Assembly (NCBI GenBank): GCA_947467435.1
Contig: CANIIA010000002.1
Location: 20,882-84,881 of the forward strand
Length of the DNA stretch: 64,000 bases
Source: Betaproteobacteria bacterium
GTDB lineage: Bacteria; Pseudomonadota; Gammaproteobacteria; Burkholderiales; SG8-39
Direction of reading: 5' to 3'
Shown here: one piece after another, positions 36,685 to 45,824 of the stretch
Numbering within the stretch: position 1 is the stretch's first letter
How the letters are laid out: each line of letters begins with the position of its first letter
The notes under the pieces: generated by a model
Told to the model about the DNA's origin: nothing
What the model saw: the letters and a program-made list of their open reading frames with translations, nothing else
The model's database searches: none
Translations under genes and position numbers: made by a program

Positions 36685-37562
36685 GCCTTGGCCTTTTCAC
36701 AAGCGGCACGCAACACGCGGCCAAGTAACACCTGCGCGAGGTGTCGACGATATTCTGCGCTGGCGTGTAAGTCGCCTTCCGGATCAAGTGCCGCTGCCGC
36801 AGCTGCGGCCAATGCATCTAAATTTGTTGCGTTCGCAGATTGGCCGACCAATTGCGCAGCAACTTCAGGCAGGGCCTGCGGGATCGGCGCTGCACCCCCT
36901 ACACCAACGACACAGCGCGTCACCACACCCGCTGCATCGAGGGCCACTTGCGCGCAGGCCGAGGCCAAAGCGAAATCACCGTGTCGGATACTGATTTCAT
37001 CAAACGCACTACCAACATGCGCGTCACGCCACACTGGAAAACGCACAGCAACCAAACATTGGTCTGGCGCAATCGCCGTCACCATGGGGGCATAAAAAAA
37101 TTCGGCAGCACTGAGTTCGCTGCTGCCGTTGGCATCTTGCAACTCCAACGTGGCTTCCAGTACTGCAGCCACCAGCGGAATTTCTGCCGACGGATCGGCG
37201 TGCACAATCGATCCACCCAAGGTGCCACGATTGCGCGTTTGCACGTGCCCCACCCAACGCATCGCTTGAATCAACAAAGGTAACTCGCGCTGCACCAAGG
37301 CATCGGCCTGGACATGGGCTTGACGCGTGGTCGCGCCAATACGCACGCCTTCATCACAAACTGTAATGCCTTGCAGATCGGCGATGCGACCAATGTCGAT
37401 GAGTACCGCAGGGCGAGCTAAACGCATGGCCATCATCGGCACTAAGCTCTGACCACCAGCGATGAGTTTGGCATCTGCGCCATGCTCAGCGAGCAACGCA
37501 CAGGCTTGCGCAACCGAGGTCACGCGTTGATATTCAAAAGCGGCTGATTTCATAGACGACAT
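36681..37562 (-). CDS. FAD-binding medium subunit of the second Mo hydroxylase
   Basis: ORF to 37676. Probable start at 37562 or 37553 (MSSMKSAAFEYQRV). Motif LIAGGQSLVPMMAMR. ATGA overlap with the small subunit. Confidence 0.85.
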   Translation of the reverse strand: MSSMKSAAFEYQRVTSVAQACALLAEHGADAKLIAGGQSLVPMMAMRLARPAVLIDIGRIADLQGITVCDEGVRIGATTRQAHVQADALVQRELPLLIQAMRWVGHVQTRNRGTLGGSIVHADPSAEIPLVAAVLEATLELQDANGSSELSAAEFFYAPMVTAIAPDQCLVAVRFPVWRDAHVGSAFDEISIRHGDFALASACAQVALDAAGVVTRCVVGVGGAAPIPQALPEVAAQLVGQSANATNLDALAAAAAAALDPEGDLHASAEYRRHLAQVLLGRVLRAACEKAKA

Positions 37563-37633
37563 GATGCCTGTGATCACGCCGCCATGGGCGATGCAATGGG
37601 CGCTGTTTTGCAGCAATTTCACTGTTCGATATG

Positions 37634-37657
37634 GGTGCGCGATGCGGCACGCGCACC
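37634..37657. promoter_or_regulatory. Perfect 8-bp inverted repeat GGTGCGCG-N8-CGCGCACC in the divergent hydroxylase / coxD promoter region
   Basis: Read directly. About 72 nt from the FAD-subunit start and about 90 nt from the coxD-like start. Confidence 0.3.
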
Positions 37658-37747
37658 AAACACCCCGCATTTGCAAGACGCAACTAGCGTCCCCCCCGTA
37701 AATGACTGAAAATGGCGGTCCTTTTTTTGTCGCCGACCCCCGCCACT

Positions 37748-38668
37748 ATGTCTGCCGCCTCCGTTGCCCTGCCCACCACGATCGATGCCACCTTAAAACT
37801 GCTGACCTCGGCCGATTATGTGGCGGATCGCAGCCTGGCCACGTCTGTTTTCCTCGCGCTCAGCATGCATCGCCCGCTGTTTTTGGAGGGCGAAGCCGGC
37901 GTGGGTAAAACCGAAATCGCTAAAGTGCTCGCTAGCGCGCTAGGCCGAGATTTGATTCGCTTGCAATGCTATGAAGGCCTCGACATCGCGCAGGCTGCCT
38001 ACGAATGGAATTACTCGCGCCAGATGATTGAAATTCGTTTGGCTGAAGCCGCGGGCAATCAATCGCGCGAGCAACTGTCTTCCGATATTTATTCGGAGCG
38101 TTTTTTGATTAAGCGCGCGTTACTCAAAGCACTCGAAGGCAAACCGGGTCAAGCGCCGGTACTGCTAATTGATGAGCTCGATCGCACTGACGAGCCGTTT
38201 GAAGCCTATTTACTCGAAGTGTTGTCCGACTTTCAAATTACCATTCCGGAAACAGGCACCTTCAAAGCGGTCGATACCCCGATCGTCATCATCACCTCGA
38301 ATCGTACCCGCGAAATTCACGACGCGGTCAAACGCCGTTGTCTGTATCACTGGGTCGATTACCCAGACGCACAACGCGAACTCGACATCTTGCGTCGTAA
38401 AGCGCCCCAAGCAGCCGAGGCGTTAACACGAGAAATTGTGCGCTTTGTGCAAGCCTTACGCGGGATCGATTTATTTAAACTTCCAGGCGTGGCCGAAACC
38501 ATCGACTGGGCCAATGCGATGGTGGCACTCGATCAACTCGCGCTCGACCCACAAACCGTCAACGACACGCTGGGCGTGTTACTCAAATATCAAGACGACA
38601 TAGAGCGCGTACGTGGCGATGAAGCCGCGCGGCTCACCGCGTTGGCTAAAGCGACGCCCGCCAGCTGA
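37748..38668 (+). CDS. coxD: MoxR-type AAA+ ATPase (CoxD-like)
   Basis: ORF from 37712; ATG at 37748 preferred. Walker A GEAGVGKT, Walker B VLLIDELDR. Followed by a VWA-domain gene. Confidence 0.88.
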   Translation: MSAASVALPTTIDATLKLLTSADYVADRSLATSVFLALSMHRPLFLEGEAGVGKTEIAKVLASALGRDLIRLQCYEGLDIAQAAYEWNYSRQMIEIRLAEAAGNQSREQLSSDIYSERFLIKRALLKALEGKPGQAPVLLIDELDRTDEPFEAYLLEVLSDFQITIPETGTFKAVDTPIVIITSNRTREIHDAVKRRCLYHWVDYPDAQRELDILRRKAPQAAEALTREIVRFVQALRGIDLFKLPGVAETIDWANAMVALDQLALDPQTVNDTLGVLLKYQDDIERVRGDEAARLTALAKATPAS

Positions 38669-38676
38669 GCGACGCC

Positions 38677-39894
38677 ATGTTGGCCCTTCCGCAAGCGCAT
38701 CACGGTCGCGGCAAATTCGCCGAGAACGTCATGCACTTTGCGCGCTTGTTGCGCGGCGCAGGTTTGCGTGTCGGACCTGATCGTGTGATTGATTGCACCC
38801 GAGCCATTGAACTCGCGGGGACTGCGCGGCGCGACGATTTTTACTGGACGCTTTCTGCGGTCTTGTTATCACGCGAAGAACAACGCCCCATTTTTGATCA
38901 AGCGTTTGAATTATTTTGGCGGGACCCCAAGCTCATCGAAAAAATGATGCAAGCGCTGTTGCCTGCTGCGCACGGCAAAACGCAACGCGAAGAACAAGAG
39001 CAAAGCCAACGACTCACGGATGCATTATTCAATCAGCCCAAGCGTGACGTACCACAAGAAGAAGAACAAAAAATTGAGCTCGATGCCAAGCTCACTTTTT
39101 CTTCACGTGAAGTGTTGCAGCGCATGGACTTTGACACCATGTCAGCCGCCGAATTAGCGGAAGCAAAAAAAATGCTGTTGCAGCTTCGGTTACCCTTACC
39201 CGAAATTACCACGCGTCGCTTTCGGGTCGATCCGCGTGGACAGCGTGTCGATCTTCGCGCATCGCTACGCACCAGTTTGCGTAAAGGTGGCGATCTGATT
39301 CCATTAATACGTACCGCGCCCAAACAATTACATCCACCCTTGGTGGTGTTATGCGATATCTCCGGTTCGATGAATCCGTATGCGCGCATGTTTCTGCATT
39401 TCTTACATGCGATCACCAACGACCGCGATCGTGTGACGGTCTTTGTGTTTGGCACGCGCCTCACTAACGTCACGCGGCAATTACGTCATCGCGATGTTGA
39501 TGTCGCCATGCAACGCGTGGCAGAAGCCATCAAAGACTGGTCAGGCGGTACGCGCATTGGTCGCTGTCTACACGAATTTAATTATCGCTGGGCGCGCCGC
39601 GTATTCGGGCAAAATGCTTGCTTACTATTAGTCACGGACGGGCTAGACCGCGAAGCAGGTGAAGGTCTCGCTGAAGAAATGCAACGTATCGCGCTGTCGT
39701 GTCGTCATGTGATCTGGCTCAATCCATTACTGCGTTACGATCAATTTGAAGCCAAACCTGCCGGTGTGCGCGCAATGTTGCCCTACGTTGATCGCTTCCT
39801 TCCGGTTCATAATCTTAAAAGTCTGATTGACCTTTCGCATGCCATGCAACAACCGGTCATGCGTTCACACCCTGGAGAAAAACGATGGAAATGA
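38677..39894 (+). CDS. coxE: VWA-domain protein (CoxE-like)
   Basis: 405 aa. MIDAS-type DISGSM in VVLCDISGSMNPY. C-terminal IWLNPLL motif typical of CoxE-type proteins. Confidence 0.85.
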   Translation: MLALPQAHHGRGKFAENVMHFARLLRGAGLRVGPDRVIDCTRAIELAGTARRDDFYWTLSAVLLSREEQRPIFDQAFELFWRDPKLIEKMMQALLPAAHGKTQREEQEQSQRLTDALFNQPKRDVPQEEEQKIELDAKLTFSSREVLQRMDFDTMSAAELAEAKKMLLQLRLPLPEITTRRFRVDPRGQRVDLRASLRTSLRKGGDLIPLIRTAPKQLHPPLVVLCDISGSMNPYARMFLHFLHAITNDRDRVTVFVFGTRLTNVTRQLRHRDVDVAMQRVAEAIKDWSGGTRIGRCLHEFNYRWARRVFGQNACLLLVTDGLDREAGEGLAEEMQRIALSCRHVIWLNPLLRYDQFEAKPAGVRAMLPYVDRFLPVHNLKSLIDLSHAMQQPVMRSHPGEKRWK

Positions 39895-40514
39895 CGGGCG
39901 AGCAACTGATTCACGCCTCGCAAGCGGACACCTGGACAGCGCTGAATGATCCAGAGATTCTCAAAGCCTGTGTGCCTGGCTGTGAGTCGATTGAACGCAT
40001 CGGAGACAACGCGTATCAAGTGCTGATGACCGCGCGGATTGGTCCTGTAGCGGCAAAATTTAAAGGCAAATTAGCGCTCTCAGATATTCAAGCGCCCAAT
40101 TCATACGCCATTGCATTTGAAGGCCAAGGTGGCGTGGCCGGTTTTGGTAAAGGCGGCGCACAGGTGCAATTGGCCACAGAAGGCCAGCACACGCGACTGT
40201 CGTATCAAGTCAAAGCCAGCGTGGGTGGCAAGCTTGCGCAAATTGGTTCGCGATTGGTGGATGCTGCTGCTAAAAAAATCTCTGAAGATTTTTTTAAAGC
40301 CTTCAATGAAAAAGTGGCAAGCCTACATCCAGCTGCACAGAGTTCAAACGAAGCCACCGGCGCGCATGCACCGACACATGCTGATCACGACGATCACCAC
40401 CCCGAACCTGTCGCTGATGATCCAGACAAACCGCAAGTCAGCACCGCAACATTGCGTTGGCTCGCTGCCGGTGCATTGGTGGTGCTCATTGCCATTCTCG
40501 CCACCAGCTTCTAG
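39885..40514 (+). CDS. coxG: CoxG-family SRPBCC protein with His/Asp-rich linker and C-terminal transmembrane tail
   Basis: 209 aa. SRPBCC core QLIHASQADTWTALNDPEILKACVPGC. Then HAPTHADHDDHHPEPVADDPDKP, then LRWLAAGALVVLIAILATSF. Overlaps the coxE stop. Confidence 0.8.
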   Translation: MEMTGEQLIHASQADTWTALNDPEILKACVPGCESIERIGDNAYQVLMTARIGPVAAKFKGKLALSDIQAPNSYAIAFEGQGGVAGFGKGGAQVQLATEGQHTRLSYQVKASVGGKLAQIGSRLVDAAAKKISEDFFKAFNEKVASLHPAAQSSNEATGAHAPTHADHDDHHPEPVADDPDKPQVSTATLRWLAAGALVVLIAILATSF

Positions 40515-40529
40515 GACACGCTGCGCGGG

Positions 40530-41216
40530 TTAGTTGCTTGCTTGGCGGATCGCTGCAATCAGTGCTTCGGGGGCTTGCGCCCCCGAGACGCCGAGCTTGC
40601 GCTCTAAAATAAAAAAAGGCACACCGGAAATATCAAGCGCACGCATTTGCTGTTCTGTTTCAGCGACGTCGCGGGCTACAGCGCCTGCATCCCACATCGC
40701 CGTCACGCTTTCAGCCTCAAGCCCGCTGCGTTGAGCGATCTGCAGCAACTCGTCGCGCGATCCCACATCACGGCCTTGTAAAAAATAGGCTGAAAAAATA
40801 TCTTCGACCACGGCATCGCCGACCTGCTTAGATTGCGCGTAAGCAATCATTTGATGCGCCAGCTGTGTATTGGGCGTGATGGTGACGCGCGAAAAATCAA
40901 AGGCCAAACCTTCACGTGCGGCCTCAGCGGACATGCGCGCATCTAAGGCTTGGGCTTTTTCTACACTGCCAAACTTAGCACTGCGATATGTCGCACGCGG
41001 CATGCCGCTGGTAGGCATGTCGGGATTGAGCTGAAACGGCAACCAACGCACCACGCATTGCTGCGTACTCGCCAACGCTGCGATGGCTTTTTCCAAACGA
41101 CGCTTACCAATAAAACACCAAGGGCAAATCACATCAGAGACCACGTCGATGTGAACCACAGGCGGGGTGTGATGAGTGGCTGGCGCGGTCATGTGGTGGG
41201 CTTTAGTTGCCGGCAA
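40530..41216 (-). CDS. DsbA-family thiol oxidoreductase/isomerase (FrnE / HCCA-isomerase-like)
   Basis: 228 aa. Thioredoxin-fold motif VSDVICPWCFIGKRRL. Alternative start M9 at 41192 would remove the overlap with pmbA. Confidence 0.85.
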   Translation of the reverse strand: MPATKAHHMTAPATHHTPPVVHIDVVSDVICPWCFIGKRRLEKAIAALASTQQCVVRWLPFQLNPDMPTSGMPRATYRSAKFGSVEKAQALDARMSAEAAREGLAFDFSRVTITPNTQLAHQMIAYAQSKQVGDAVVEDIFSAYFLQGRDVGSRDELLQIAQRSGLEAESVTAMWDAGAVARDVAETEQQMRALDISGVPFFILERKLGVSGAQAPEALIAAIRQASN

Positions 41217-42558
41217 TCGTCATCGAATCGATCAAGATCGATCCGGTCGAACGCGAGCCACGCACCAAGGTATCCGCACCAACCTCAACAATGCCTTGAA
41301 ACATTTGCCCCAAGTGCCCGGCGATGGTGATTTCTTCAACCGGATAAGCGATCTCGCCGTTTTCAACCCAATACCCGGCAGCGCCACGCGAATAATCTCC
41401 GGTGAGTAAGTTGATGCCATGACCCAGTAATTCAGTCACAAATAATCCGCGATGCATCTGCCGTAACAACGCGGGCAAATCACGCGTGCCTGGGCGCAAA
41501 ATTAGGTTGTGATTCCCGCCAGCGCTTCCGGTGCTACGTAAGCCGAGTTTGCGCGCTGAGTAACTACCTAAAAAATAATCTTGCACCACACCTGCCGACA
41601 CAATGGCGCGCTCGCGCGTCGCCACGCCTTCTTCATCAAATGGCGCACTGGCCAAGCCTTGCGCTAACCATGGCTGTTCATCCAAAAAAACATTGGGCGA
41701 AAATATTTGCTTGCCTAAGCTATCTACAAGAAACGACGACTTGCGATATAAATTGCCGCCAGAAATCGCCGAAATAAAATGTCCGATCAACCCGCCCGCA
41801 AGTGGCGCTTCAAATAACACCGGTGCTTGGCAGGTTTTAATTTTGCGTGCGCCCAAGCGTGATAACGCGCGCTCTGCGGCATAGCGTCCTAAGCGGGTGG
41901 GATCAGCCAATGCAGACGCGACGCGCGCCGAACTGTACCAATCATCGCGTTGCATCAAGCCCTGATCCTCCGCGATCAATGAGCACGACAACGAATGTCG
42001 ACTGGTGGCATAGCCGGACAGAAAGCCCAAGCTATTGGCCAACACAAATTGCGCGTGTTGCGCTGAGACCGAGGCGCCCTCAGAGTTTTTAATTTTTTTG
42101 GATACCGCCAAGCCGGCCGATTCGCAGCGCTGTGCAATCTCAATGGCTGCCTCGGGAGTAACCGCCCAGGGATGAAATAAATCTAAATCAGGGGTGTGTT
42201 TGGCCAGTAACTCGGCATCGGGCAAGCCAGCACAATCATCTTCTGCAGTGTGTCGTGCAATTTCTACTGCTGCGGCCACTGTTTCGCGGATGGCTTGAGC
42301 TGAAAAATCCGAGGTGCTGGCATGCCCACGTTTGACACGTGGCCGATCACCCATGTAGACGGTGACACCTAAGCCCTTGTCGCGATTGTGCTCGAGCGTT
42401 TCAACGGCGCCTTGGCGCACACTCACCGACAAGCCATAGGCCTCTGAAACATCGCATTCGCAGCCACTGGCACCTAGGGTGCGAGCGTGCGCCAACGCCA
42501 ACTGCGCACATTCGCGCAATTGCGTTTCACTTTGCAAGAAACGAGAAGAATTAGACAT
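41203..42558 (-). CDS. pmbA: Metalloprotease PmbA/TldE
   Basis: 451 aa. Conserved C-terminus GDYSRGAAGYWVENGEIAYPVEEITIAGHLGQMF. Divergent from yjgA, as in E. coli. Confidence 0.92.
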   Translation of the reverse strand: MSNSSRFLQSETQLRECAQLALAHARTLGASGCECDVSEAYGLSVSVRQGAVETLEHNRDKGLGVTVYMGDRPRVKRGHASTSDFSAQAIRETVAAAVEIARHTAEDDCAGLPDAELLAKHTPDLDLFHPWAVTPEAAIEIAQRCESAGLAVSKKIKNSEGASVSAQHAQFVLANSLGFLSGYATSRHSLSCSLIAEDQGLMQRDDWYSSARVASALADPTRLGRYAAERALSRLGARKIKTCQAPVLFEAPLAGGLIGHFISAISGGNLYRKSSFLVDSLGKQIFSPNVFLDEQPWLAQGLASAPFDEEGVATRERAIVSAGVVQDYFLGSYSARKLGLRSTGSAGGNHNLILRPGTRDLPALLRQMHRGLFVTELLGHGINLLTGDYSRGAAGYWVENGEIAYPVEEITIAGHLGQMFQGIVEVGADTLVRGSRSTGSILIDSMTIAGN

Positions 42559-43114
42559 GGCGCGCTATGATAGCAGCGCTATGCATCCTACTGACCCGCA
42601 CGAAGACGAAGCGCTCGAAAATTTCGACGCACCGCTGAGTAAAACCCGTCGCAAACAACAAATGCACGAGCTGCAATTGCTGGGGGCGGCCCTGGTGGAC
42701 TTATCCAAAGAACGTCTCACACAACTGACGCTACCCGAGACGCTGCTCACGGCAGTGCGCGAAGCGCAACGCATCACCGCACACGAAGGACGACGCCGAC
42801 AGATGCAATACATCGGCAAGCTGATGCGCGATGTCGACCCCGAACCGATCCGCGAACGCTTGGCGGCTTGGAGCGGACAATCACGCGCCGAAATTGTCCG
42901 TCAGCACGCGATGGAACGCTGGCGCACGCGGCTGGTCGAAGACGACACGGCGCTCACCGAGTTTTTACAGCTCTATCCCAACTTAGATGCGCAGGTCTTG
43001 CGCAACCACATTCGTAACGCGCGCCGCGAGCAAGCCGCCGGCAAACCGCCGCGTGCGTATCGTGAACTGTTTCGCATTGTGCGCGATGCCTTCGCCCAGA
43101 ATGCGTCGACGTAA
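42557..43114 (+). CDS. yjgA: Ribosome-associated DUF615 protein YjgA
   Basis: 185 aa from the ATG at 42557 (ORF from 42479). Pattern LSKTRRKQQMHELQLLGAALVDL...RRRQMQYIGKLMR. Confidence 0.85.
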   Translation: MARYDSSAMHPTDPHEDEALENFDAPLSKTRRKQQMHELQLLGAALVDLSKERLTQLTLPETLLTAVREAQRITAHEGRRRQMQYIGKLMRDVDPEPIRERLAAWSGQSRAEIVRQHAMERWRTRLVEDDTALTEFLQLYPNLDAQVLRNHIRNARREQAAGKPPRAYRELFRIVRDAFAQNAST

Positions 43115-43173
43115 CGCTAAAGTGAAATGTTTTTTAGCGCATCTGAACCCATGTTTATTCCTCATTGATCCTT

Positions 43174-43818
43174 ATGTCTAACGTACCCGAACTGCGCATC
43201 GGCCTCGTCTCCATTAGCGACCGCGCCTCCGCTGGTGTCTACAAAGATGAAGGCATCCCCGCGCTAAAAACTTGGCTCACTGAAACCATCACAGCGCCAA
43301 GTTGGCGCGATGAAACGCGGCTCATTCCAGACGAGCCATCGGTGATTGAACAAACTTTGCGTGAACTGGTCGACAGCGTCGGATGCCAGCTCGTACTGAC
43401 CACCGGTGGCACGGGTCCGGCCTTGCGTGACGTGACCCCAGAAGCCACGCTGGCCGTGGCTGATAAGGTCATGCCCGGCTTTGGCGAGCAAATGCGCGCC
43501 CTCTCGTTACGCTTTGTGCCCACCGCGATTCTGTCAAGGCAAGTGGCTGTGATTCGATATCGCCGTGATGCCGCGCAACCGGGGGCCGGTGCATTGATTA
43601 TTAATTTGCCCGGACAACCGAAATCGATTCGCGAAACACTCGAAGGATTGCGTGACGAACAAGGGCAACCCCTTGTCGCCGGTATTTTTGCGGCCGTGCC
43701 GTATTGCATCGATTTAATTCATGGTCCTTACATCGAAACCGATCCCACCCGCTGCAAATGTTTTCGTCCCAAGAGCGCGCTGCGACCCACACCGACTCAC
43801 ATTACAATGACCAAATGA
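43174..43818 (+). CDS. mogA: Molybdopterin adenylyltransferase MogA
   Basis: ATG at 43174. Motifs LRIGLVSISDRASAGVYKDEGIPAL, LVLTTGGTGPALRDVTPEAT, INLPGQPKSI. Confidence 0.9.
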   Translation: MSNVPELRIGLVSISDRASAGVYKDEGIPALKTWLTETITAPSWRDETRLIPDEPSVIEQTLRELVDSVGCQLVLTTGGTGPALRDVTPEATLAVADKVMPGFGEQMRALSLRFVPTAILSRQVAVIRYRRDAAQPGAGALIINLPGQPKSIRETLEGLRDEQGQPLVAGIFAAVPYCIDLIHGPYIETDPTRCKCFRPKSALRPTPTHITMTK

Positions 43819-44486
43819 ACACGACGCTACTGCCTTGCATCGAACTAGAAACCGGCCCGACACCGCGCGCGAGTGTCATTTGGTTACATGGACTCGGCGC
43901 AGACGGACATGATTTCGAACCCATTGTGCAGGCGCTGCGCTTACCAAGTACACCTGCCATCCGTTTTGTTTTTCCGCACGCACCGCAACGTCCCGTGACC
44001 ATTAATGGCGGCATGCGCATGCGCGCTTGGTACGACATCTTTCAAATGGGCGGCGGCCCTGAAGATGCCGATGGAATTCACGCTTCACAAGCACAACTCA
44101 ACGCACTCATTACTCGCGAAACCCAACGCGGCGTCGCGCCCTCACACATCGTACTCGCGGGGTTTTCGCAAGGCGGCGCCATCGTGTTGCAAACCGGCTT
44201 ACGACATGCCGAGCGCCTGGGCGGCATTCTTGCACTTTCCACGTATCTACCGTTGGCATCCACCGTCGCACAAGAAGCCGCGCCCGCCAATCGTTCGCTG
44301 CCAATTTTTATGGCCCATGGGCAATACGATCCAGTGATTGCGCTGCCTCGTGCCGAACATTCTCGCGACGCGTTACAAGCACTTGGTTATGCCATCGATT
44401 GGCATGTGTATGACATGGAACACGCCGTTTGCCCGGAAGAACTAGGTGATCTGCGCGCTTGGTTAATGAACATTGTGAATCGCTAG
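43815..44486 (+). CDS. Alpha/beta-hydrolase carboxylesterase/phospholipase family protein
   Basis: ATG at 43815 forms an ATGA overlap with the mogA stop. Motifs [14 protein letters not shown] and nucleophile elbow [10 protein letters not shown]-terminal His in YDMEHAV. Confidence 0.85.
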   Translation: MNTTLLPCIELETGPTPRASVIWLHGLGADGHDFEPIVQALRLPSTPAIRFVFPHAPQRPVTINGGMRMRAWYDIFQMGGGPEDADGIHASQAQLNALITRETQRGVAPSHIVLAGFSQGGAIVLQTGLRHAERLGGILALSTYLPLASTVAQEAAPANRSLPIFMAHGQYDPVIALPRAEHSRDALQALGYAIDWHVYDMEHAVCPEELGDLRAWLMNIVNR

Positions 44487-44490
44487 TCCA

Positions 44491-45327
44491 ATGCATGCGC
44501 AGACACAACCTCAGTCGGTGATCAACCCAGGCGAGCAGCAGTACCTCGACTTACTGGCCCACGTACTAACCGAGGGCAGCGAAAAAACCGATCGCACCGG
44601 CACCGGGACGCGTTCGGTCTTTGGCGCGCAAATGCGCTTTGCACTGGCGCATGAATTTCCGTTGCTCACCACCAAAAAACTGCACCTAAAATCGATCATT
44701 TACGAGCTGCTTTGGTTTATTTCTGGCAACACCAATGTGCGCTGGTTACAAGAACATGGTGTCAGTATTTGGGATGAATGGGCCAATGCCGAAGGCGAGC
44801 TCGGACCAGTGTACGGGTATCAGTGGCGGCACTGGCGCACGCCCGATGGCCGCGAAATCGACCAACTGCGTCAGGTCATTGACACGTTGCGCACGCGCCC
44901 CGATTCACGCCGACACATCGTTACTGCATGGAATCCTGCGGACGTTGATCAAATGGCGTTACCGCCCTGCCACGCGCTTTTTCAGTTTTATGTGGCCGAT
45001 GGAAAACTGTCTTGCCAGATGTATCAGCGCAGCGCAGATTTATTTTTGGGTGTGCCCTTCAATATCGCCTCGTATGCGTTACTTACATTGATGATGGCGC
45101 AAGTATGCAATCTACAACCCGGGGATTTTGTACACACGCTGGGTGATGCGCATTTGTATTCCAATCATTTAGCGCAAACCCAGTTGCAGCTTACTCGCAC
45201 GCCACGGGCATTTCCGAAGATGCGCTTAAACCCCAAGGTCACGGATCTGTTTGCCTTTCAGTTTGAAGATTTCACGCTCGAACACTACGACCCGCATCCG
45301 GGCATTGCAGCGCCCATCGCGGTTTGA
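44491..45327 (+). CDS. thyA: Thymidylate synthase
   Basis: 278 aa. Motifs [44 protein letters not shown]. Confidence 0.97.
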   Translation: MHAQTQPQSVINPGEQQYLDLLAHVLTEGSEKTDRTGTGTRSVFGAQMRFALAHEFPLLTTKKLHLKSIIYELLWFISGNTNVRWLQEHGVSIWDEWANAEGELGPVYGYQWRHWRTPDGREIDQLRQVIDTLRTRPDSRRHIVTAWNPADVDQMALPPCHALFQFYVADGKLSCQMYQRSADLFLGVPFNIASYALLTLMMAQVCNLQPGDFVHTLGDAHLYSNHLAQTQLQLTRTPRAFPKMRLNPKVTDLFAFQFEDFTLEHYDPHPGIAAPIAV

Positions 45328-45824
45328 GTACACCGCGCATTAGCCTGATCGCCGCCCTTGCACGCAATCGAGTGATTGGTGCAGGTAATCGCATGCCTTG
45401 GCATCTACCCGAAGACCTGCGTTTTTTTAAAGCCACCACCTTGGGGCACCCGGTCATCATGGGACGCAAAACCTACGCCTCGATTGGCCGCGCGTTGCCG
45501 GGTCGACGCAACGTGGTCGTGAGTCGACAAGCCAATTTACAGATCGACGGTGTTGAGATCGCGCACAGTCTTGAGGCTGCAGTCGCGCTATGCGCAGAAG
45601 CGACAGAAGTATTCGTGATTGGCGGGGGCGAGCTCTACGCACTCGCCTTACCGCTTGCCACGCGTATGGTACTCACTGAAATCGACACCGAACTAACGGG
45701 TGACACTTACTTTCCCGCGTGGGACCCCACGCAGTGGAAAGAGGTTGCAAGACAGGCAGGCCCTGCAGAGGCAGCACTACGGTTTTCGTTTGTCGATTAC
45801 TGTCGCACGCAATCAACAAAGTAG
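45324..45824 (+). CDS. folA: Dihydrofolate reductase
   Basis: 166 aa. Apparent TTG start overlapping the thyA stop (TTGA). Motifs [43 protein letters not shown]. Confidence 0.93.
   Translation: MSTPRISLIAALARNRVIGAGNRMPWHLPEDLRFFKATTLGHPVIMGRKTYASIGRALPGRRNVVVSRQANLQIDGVEIAHSLEAAVALCAEATEVFVIGGGELYALALPLATRMVLTEIDTELTGDTYFPAWDPTQWKEVARQAGPAEAALRFSFVDYCRTQSTK

Noticed and set aside
33794-37562. Calling the M-S-L cluster a form-I aerobic CO dehydrogenase because of its gene order and adjacent coxD-E-G
   Set aside because: The large subunit lacks the AYRCSFR active-site loop (it reads AVRGFGQ). No coxF-like gene is seen. Gene order alone is shared with quinoline and nicotine hydroxylases.
37650-37657. 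Shared CGCGCACC motif between the coxD-region dyad, the 53967 hairpin arm and the 23-bp repeat units, as a possible common operator
   Set aside because: The same 8-mer also occurs inside ordinary coding sequence (for example near 848, 1133 and 9073). At this GC content the coincidence is not significant.
11500-40530. Treating the 29-kb catabolic region as a mobile genomic island
   Set aside because: No integrase, transposase, tRNA gene, flanking direct repeats or conjugation genes are visible. Composition does not look different by eye. The mobility claim is unsupported.
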